Shown here piece by piece: positions 33,736-38,158 of a stretch of DNA of 38,158 nt. Numbering within the stretch: the stretch's first letter is position 1; each line of letters begins with the position of its first letter. The DNA is from Faecalibacterium prausnitzii. Its GTDB lineage: Bacteria > Bacillota_I > Bacilli_A > RFN20 > CAG-826. The stretch covers positions 1 through 38,158 of the forward strand of contig CAVDTI010000109.1 of the NCBI GenBank assembly GCA_963611905.1, given 5' to 3'. A program made the translations under genes and the position numbers. A model generated the notes under the pieces. It did no database searches. It saw only the letters and a program-made list of their open reading frames with translations, and was not told where the DNA came from.

Positions 33736-36582
33736 ATGAAAAAAACAATTCATCTTATTAGCGGTACTCATTGGGATAGAGAATGGAGACACACAGCCGA
33801 ACAAAGCAAACTCCGTTTAGCCGACCTAATGGACCACATCATCGACATCTTGGAAAATAAACCATCCTACGAATGTTTCTGCGTAGACGGAGGAACGATC
33901 GTTTTAGAAGATTATTTCACCGTCAGGCCAGAAAATAGAGAGCGTGTACAGAAGCTCATAAAAGACGGAAAAATGATCATTGTCAATTGGTATACTCTAC
34001 CAGAAACAAACACGGTCGCGCCAGAAAGCATGATCCGTAACCTTTTAACAGGAAGAAGAATGGGCAAAGAATTTGGTGGAGCAATGAAATCCGGTTACAC
34101 CGCCACTTCTTATGGCCAGCCAAGCCAGCTTCCACAACTTTATCAAGGATTCGGAATTGAAAACGCTATTTTCTATCGCGGAACGAACAAACATTTCTTA
34201 ACCCCACTATTCAAATGGTCGGCACCAGATGGAAGTTCCATATTTACTTTACGTACCTTTGATGAAGTGACTAGAACGAATTGGTTTTTCTATGTCCATG
34301 GTCCAGCAGTTTTAGGGAAGGGATTGAAAGATCTTTCGTATAAATACAATAAGAATGAAGCCCCAGTTCACATGGTCGATATGGGTTCTTATGAAAAAGC
34401 ATTCGTTGCCACAAAAGAAAACGAAGATTATATCCATGACGAAAAAGTATTGAAACGTTCATTGGATTACCTTCTGAACCAAGCAGAACCATACGCCATC
34501 GGAAATAACATTCTCGCTCTCAACATGGAGGATAATGATGAGCCATATCGATACCTTCCTGAACTTATTGCGGATATGAACAAAATTTATCCTGACTACG
34601 AAATCAAACAGGAAAGATTGGATGACTATATGAAAGTCATCATGGATTTGGCTAAAAATGGTGAATATAAGTATGAAAGTTATGTAGGAGAACTCCGTAA
34701 TACCACTTTCTCCCCAGATGATTTCAACGCTTTATTGGGAGCAACGCATTCTTCCCGTATAAATATTAAATTAATGAACGAAGAATGCGAAAATGGCCTT
34801 ATCAATTTAGCTGAACCTTTGACAAGTGCTTCATACCTTCTTGGTGGAGAATATCCCGCAACAAACATCGAACACGCTTGGCACACATTACTTAAATGCC
34901 ACGCCCATGATAGTATTTGCGGAGCAGCTGTCGATAGAGCACACACAGACATGAATTACTCCTTCTCCGTCACAAAAACGGTAGCCGAAGAAGTAACAAA
35001 CCGCGCTTGTGTAAGTCTTTATCAAAAAATAGATACCAAGACTAATTTCCAAAACGATGACTATCCAATTGTCATCTTTAATACGTTGCCTTTCGAAAGA
35101 GAAGAAGTTATTGAACTCGTTATCGACACTCCAAAAGATTCCGTAAAAATGATAGATAACGGCATGGGCGCACCTGTACCAGCCGCAACTTTCTTCGATA
35201 TAGTCGATGACAAAGGCAATGTTGTTGAAAGCAAAGAACTAAGTTCAGAGAGTGCTCTAGTAGCCATTGAAAAACAAACGGATACCAAAGCTATAAAATT
35301 TGAAACCATCAGGAGACACATTTTAGTCAAAGCAAAAGTCCCAGCAAATGGGTATGCAACCTATGCCCTCCGTATGAGATTGGCCAATTTAGCCTTTGAT
35401 CCACAAATTATCGACAACCGCAAACTTATCGCTAGAAGTAACGGCGTTTTGGAAAACGAATACCTTAAAGTCGTGATTAACCCAAACGGAACATTTGATA
35501 TGCTCGACAAAGCAACAAATAGATGGATGAGAAATCAAGGATACTATACCGACGCAGGTGAGGTTGGCAGCGCTCATGAACACGCTGAGCCAAAGGTCAA
35601 CAAAACTTACACTTCATTTGGTTGCAACGCAGATATTGAAATGATTGAAGGAAACAATCTCTTAAGAGGAGTCTATCGAATTGCGTTAACAATGAATATT
35701 CCTGCAGAAGCATCCTTAGATGCCCATGAACGAGTATCGGAATTGAAACCTCTACGTATCGAAACATACCTGACCCTTGAAAAGGGTGCAAAAGCACTTA
35801 AAGTTAAAACAACCCTTATTAACGAATCAAGAGATCACAAGCTTTGCGTCCATTATCCAACAGCGATCTCCAATGCCGATTGGTGCTATGCCGAATCAGC
35901 TTGGGATGTTGCAAAAAGAACAATTAAGTGGCGTGATCATAAAGACAATAAGGAAGATTTCTATTCATTCCAACCTATGCAAAATTTTGTCGACGTAAGC
36001 GATGGTAAATTAGGATACGCCTTCCTTTCGAAAGGCCTTAGAGAATACGAAGTCGAAGATGATGAAAATCGTACCTTGAAAATCACTTTAATCCGTACGC
36101 AAAGAGCCTATATGACAGCCAACAGCAAAATGACAGTTGCTGAAACTCATAAATATACAGGCCAACATTGCCTAGGCACTTTAACTTATGAATACGCTTT
36201 ATACCCACATACTGGCTTATGGAACGAAGGCAATGTATTTGAACAAGCCTACGCAAATAAAGTAAATATGAAAGCCATAATGGGCGTTCCGACCGAGGGA
36301 AAACTTCCATCAACATCATCGTTTATTAATGTAACTGGTGGCGATGGGGCCATTGTCTCAGGCGCATTCAAATTAGCGGAAAACGGCAAGGATATCATCT
36401 ACCGTATATGGAATAACTCTGGCGAAAGCAAGAGCCTTAACATTTCAACTGTCTTCGATTTAAAGGGAGTCAAAGAAGTCAAACTCGATGAGACTCCAAT
36501 CAAAGACATTGAATTAAATGGAAATAGTTTTGCTTATGAGCTTAAACCTCATAAAATTGCAACGTTCTTATTGGTGAAATAA
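33736..36582 (+). CDS. Glycoside hydrolase family 38 alpha-mannosidase (MngB-like, cytoplasmic)
   Basis: About 948 aa with the N-terminal metal-site motif HLISGTHWDREWR and no signal peptide. The ATG at 33736 has a GAGG SD; the track start at 33721 is TTG. Confidence 0.85.
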   Translation: MKKTIHLISGTHWDREWRHTAEQSKLRLADLMDHIIDILENKPSYECFCVDGGTIVLEDYFTVRPENRERVQKLIKDGKMIIVNWYTLPETNTVAPESMIRNLLTGRRMGKEFGGAMKSGYTATSYGQPSQLPQLYQGFGIENAIFYRGTNKHFLTPLFKWSAPDGSSIFTLRTFDEVTRTNWFFYVHGPAVLGKGLKDLSYKYNKNEAPVHMVDMGSYEKAFVATKENEDYIHDEKVLKRSLDYLLNQAEPYAIGNNILALNMEDNDEPYRYLPELIADMNKIYPDYEIKQERLDDYMKVIMDLAKNGEYKYESYVGELRNTTFSPDDFNALLGATHSSRINIKLMNEECENGLINLAEPLTSASYLLGGEYPATNIEHAWHTLLKCHAHDSICGAAVDRAHTDMNYSFSVTKTVAEEVTNRACVSLYQKIDTKTNFQNDDYPIVIFNTLPFEREEVIELVIDTPKDSVKMIDNGMGAPVPAATFFDIVDDKGNVVESKELSSESALVAIEKQTDTKAIKFETIRRHILVKAKVPANGYATYALRMRLANLAFDPQIIDNRKLIARSNGVLENEYLKVVINPNGTFDMLDKATNRWMRNQGYYTDAGEVGSAHEHAEPKVNKTYTSFGCNADIEMIEGNNLLRGVYRIALTMNIPAEASLDAHERVSELKPLRIETYLTLEKGAKALKVKTTLINESRDHKLCVHYPTAISNADWCYAESAWDVAKRTIKWRDHKDNKEDFYSFQPMQNFVDVSDGKLGYAFLSKGLREYEVEDDENRTLKITLIRTQRAYMTANSKMTVAETHKYTGQHCLGTLTYEYALYPHTGLWNEGNVFEQAYANKVNMKAIMGVPTEGKLPSTSSFINVTGGDGAIVSGAFKLAENGKDIIYRIWNNSGESKSLNISTVFDLKGVKEVKLDETPIKDIELNGNSFAYELKPHKIATFLLVK

Positions 36583-36583
36583 T

Positions 36584-37567
36584 ATGGTTGAAATCACAAA
36601 CATCGGATCATTTTCCGAAAAAGATGGTTTAATCAAACTAGACGCCACATCCGACGATAAATTCCATGTAGGCGTTAATGGCGTCAAATCAATCGTGTCC
36701 ACAGGCGACAGAAAAGTTGAATTCATCTCTTTCTCTGATCACTGTTTGGCCTTCGTGAAGTCTTCAATTGGTTATAACGCCTATTATCCAATCAATAAGG
36801 TATCGATCAAACGTCCGATAAAGGCGGTTCTAATGGATTTAGATGGAACCTCGGTAAAAAGTGAAGAATTCTGGATTTGGATCATCGAAAAATCTATTTC
36901 TTCATTGATGAATGATCCGTCTTTCAAATTAGACGAAAGCGATTTGCCTCATGTTTCAGGCCATAGCGTTTCTGAACATCTTCAATACTGCATAAACAAA
37001 TATTGCCCAGATAAAAAGCTTGAAGACGCACGTGCTTATTATTTTCAACATACCGAATTCGAAATGAATGAAATAATGGAGGGAAGAGGAAAGGAAGGAG
37101 CATTTACGCCAGCAAAAGGCATAAAGGAATTCTTACTAGCTTTGAAGGAAAGGAATATCAAAATAGGCCTGGTTACATCAGGTTTGTATCAAAAGGCTTG
37201 GCCAGAAATCTTATCCGCTTTTAAAACCCTTAATATGGGGGACCCTAAAGATTTTTATGACGCAATAATTTCTGCTGGTTATCCCCTCAAGAAAGGAAGC
37301 GTAGGAACACTTGGAGAGTTATCGCCAAAACCACATCCATGGTTATACGCTGAAACTTGCACTGTGGGCCTTAACATTCCTTTTGAAGATCGCAATTCCG
37401 TAGTTGGCATAGAGGATAGCGGAGCTGGCGTATGCTCAATTCGCTTAGCTGGTTATCCAACAATCGGCATTTCAGGAGGAAATATAGAATCCAGCGGAAC
37501 TAAATCATTGTGCGATTTTTATGCTGACGATTTTTCATCGATTTTGAAATATATAGATGGAAAATAA
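36584..37567 (+). CDS. HAD-IA superfamily hydrolase (phosphatase or beta-phosphoglucomutase-like) with an unassigned roughly 80-aa N-terminal domain
   Basis: Motif I is LMDLDGT (aa 83-89), motif II is GLVTSG, and motif IV is IEDSGAG. The start lies 1 nt after the GH38 stop. Confidence 0.8.
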   Translation: MVEITNIGSFSEKDGLIKLDATSDDKFHVGVNGVKSIVSTGDRKVEFISFSDHCLAFVKSSIGYNAYYPINKVSIKRPIKAVLMDLDGTSVKSEEFWIWIIEKSISSLMNDPSFKLDESDLPHVSGHSVSEHLQYCINKYCPDKKLEDARAYYFQHTEFEMNEIMEGRGKEGAFTPAKGIKEFLLALKERNIKIGLVTSGLYQKAWPEILSAFKTLNMGDPKDFYDAIISAGYPLKKGSVGTLGELSPKPHPWLYAETCTVGLNIPFEDRNSVVGIEDSGAGVCSIRLAGYPTIGISGGNIESSGTKSLCDFYADDFSSILKYIDGK

Positions 37568-37605
37568 CACCAACAATTTATTAATCCTCACCATTTGAAA
37601 TTAAA

Positions 37606-37655
37606 AACGAGCCCTAAATTGTTCTGATACATAAAAGGGGCTCGTTTCTTTTTTA
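37606..37655. terminator. Bidirectional rho-independent terminator
   Basis: AAAAACGAGCCC...GGGGCTCGTTTCTTTTTT has a 9-bp GC-rich stem flanked by an A-run and a T-run. It lies between convergent genes. Confidence 0.7.
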
Positions 37656-37703
37656 CTACTTATAGGCTGATTTGTTCATGCCTTCCATTTTTTCATAGGA
37701 ACA

Positions 37704-38158
37704 TTACTTTTTAAAATCGACTCTTACGATCTTCATACCCATATGCTTATCGCCAAATTTTGCCATAAACCTATATAATTTACGTATCGATTTGTCTTTT
37801 AAATCATTGTAACCTAGCATATATCCTTTGCTTGATACCGTTAAATTATCGTCTTGAAAACAATAATCATTTTCAACATTATCTACATAGAAATATGCGT
37901 CTACATCTTTGATTTTCGTTACTTTCAACCATGTTTTACGAATCAATTTCGTGGCTTTCTTATTTGCTGAGTCAAATACGATTTTTCCTCCAGGGAAAGC
38001 TTTTGCCATATTAGTAAGCAGCTCTTTCACTTGATCTTTTAAGAAATAATAAAATACCCCTGATGCGAAAAATACAGCACCGTCTTTAGCGTCGATCTCT
38101 TTAAACCATTCAAAATTATTCAAATCACAAGCAACATTTCTTTCTCTATCTTTTGAAG
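37704..38158 (-). CDS. Class I SAM-dependent methyltransferase-like protein (5' partial, runs off the window)
   Basis: The frame stays open to the window edge (...SKDRERNVACDLNNFEWFKEID...). The track M at 38123 is a TTG inside the frame. The C-terminal part resembles O-methyltransferases of the Leu-carboxyl/tetracenomycin type. The assignment is tentative. Confidence 0.5.
   Translation of the reverse strand, partial: SKDRERNVACDLNNFEWFKEIDAKDGAVFFASGVFYYFLKDQVKELLTNMAKAFPGGKIVFDSANKKATKLIRKTWLKVTKIKDVDAYFYVDNVENDYCFQDDNLTVSSKGYMLGYNDLKDKSIRKLYRFMAKFGDKHMGMKIVRVDFKK

Noticed and set aside
1-38158. CRISPR arrays, prophage or IS elements, toxin-antitoxin or other defence systems, tRNA or rRNA genes
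   Set aside because: I saw no repeat-spacer arrays, no transposase, integrase or recombinase ORFs, no terminal inverted repeats flanking a block, no small paired ORFs with TA-like features, and no tRNA-like T-loop or acceptor patterns.

Overview
AT-rich, very gene-dense chromosomal window from a low-GC Firmicute or wall-less Mollicutes-like bacterium (lineage is inferred). It uses the standard code: TGA is a stop and Trp is TGG. Five proteins carry Cys-lipobox signal peptides. No rRNA, tRNA, CRISPR array, transposase or integrase is visible. (1) Positions 1-17.8 kb are housekeeping or ordinary genes: inorganic pyrophosphatase, a proline-iminopeptidase-type hydrolase, DegV, CvpA, a GPH sugar symporter with a cre-like operator, an uncharacterised operon (duplicated DUF1538 permease, two PII-like proteins, TlyA), a translationally coupled pstSCAB-phoU-response regulator-histidine kinase cluster with a tandem Pho-box-like repeat, and a CrtI-like flavoprotein coupled to an FNR/2Fe-2S reductase. 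(2) Positions 17.8-19.4 kb are a gene-poor, decayed island. It holds an unusual alternating purine-pyrimidine, CG-palindrome tract followed by an orphan terminator, one orphan 150-aa ORF, a start-less GNAT-like remnant and a roughly 50% GC, stop-riddled, hairpin-rich segment that may be a structured RNA. (3) Positions 19.4-37.6 kb are the most interesting part: a LacI-controlled glycan-utilisation locus. It is built around two paralogous GxGYxYP-type putative glycosidases with no assigned activity (one surface lipoprotein, one cytoplasmic), a cytoplasmic GH38 alpha-mannosidase, an extended HAD phosphatase, a sugar ABC importer with an insertion-bearing ATPase, a YesL-like membrane protein and two further surface lipoproteins. 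A recurring unassigned beta-sandwich-like module occurs six times across the three non-SBP lipoproteins. An identical 17-nt palindrome, AAAAAAACCGTTTTTTT, sits in two promoter regions of the locus, and a 13-nt match sits in the third. Family names and functions come from motif recognition by eye, not from database searches.
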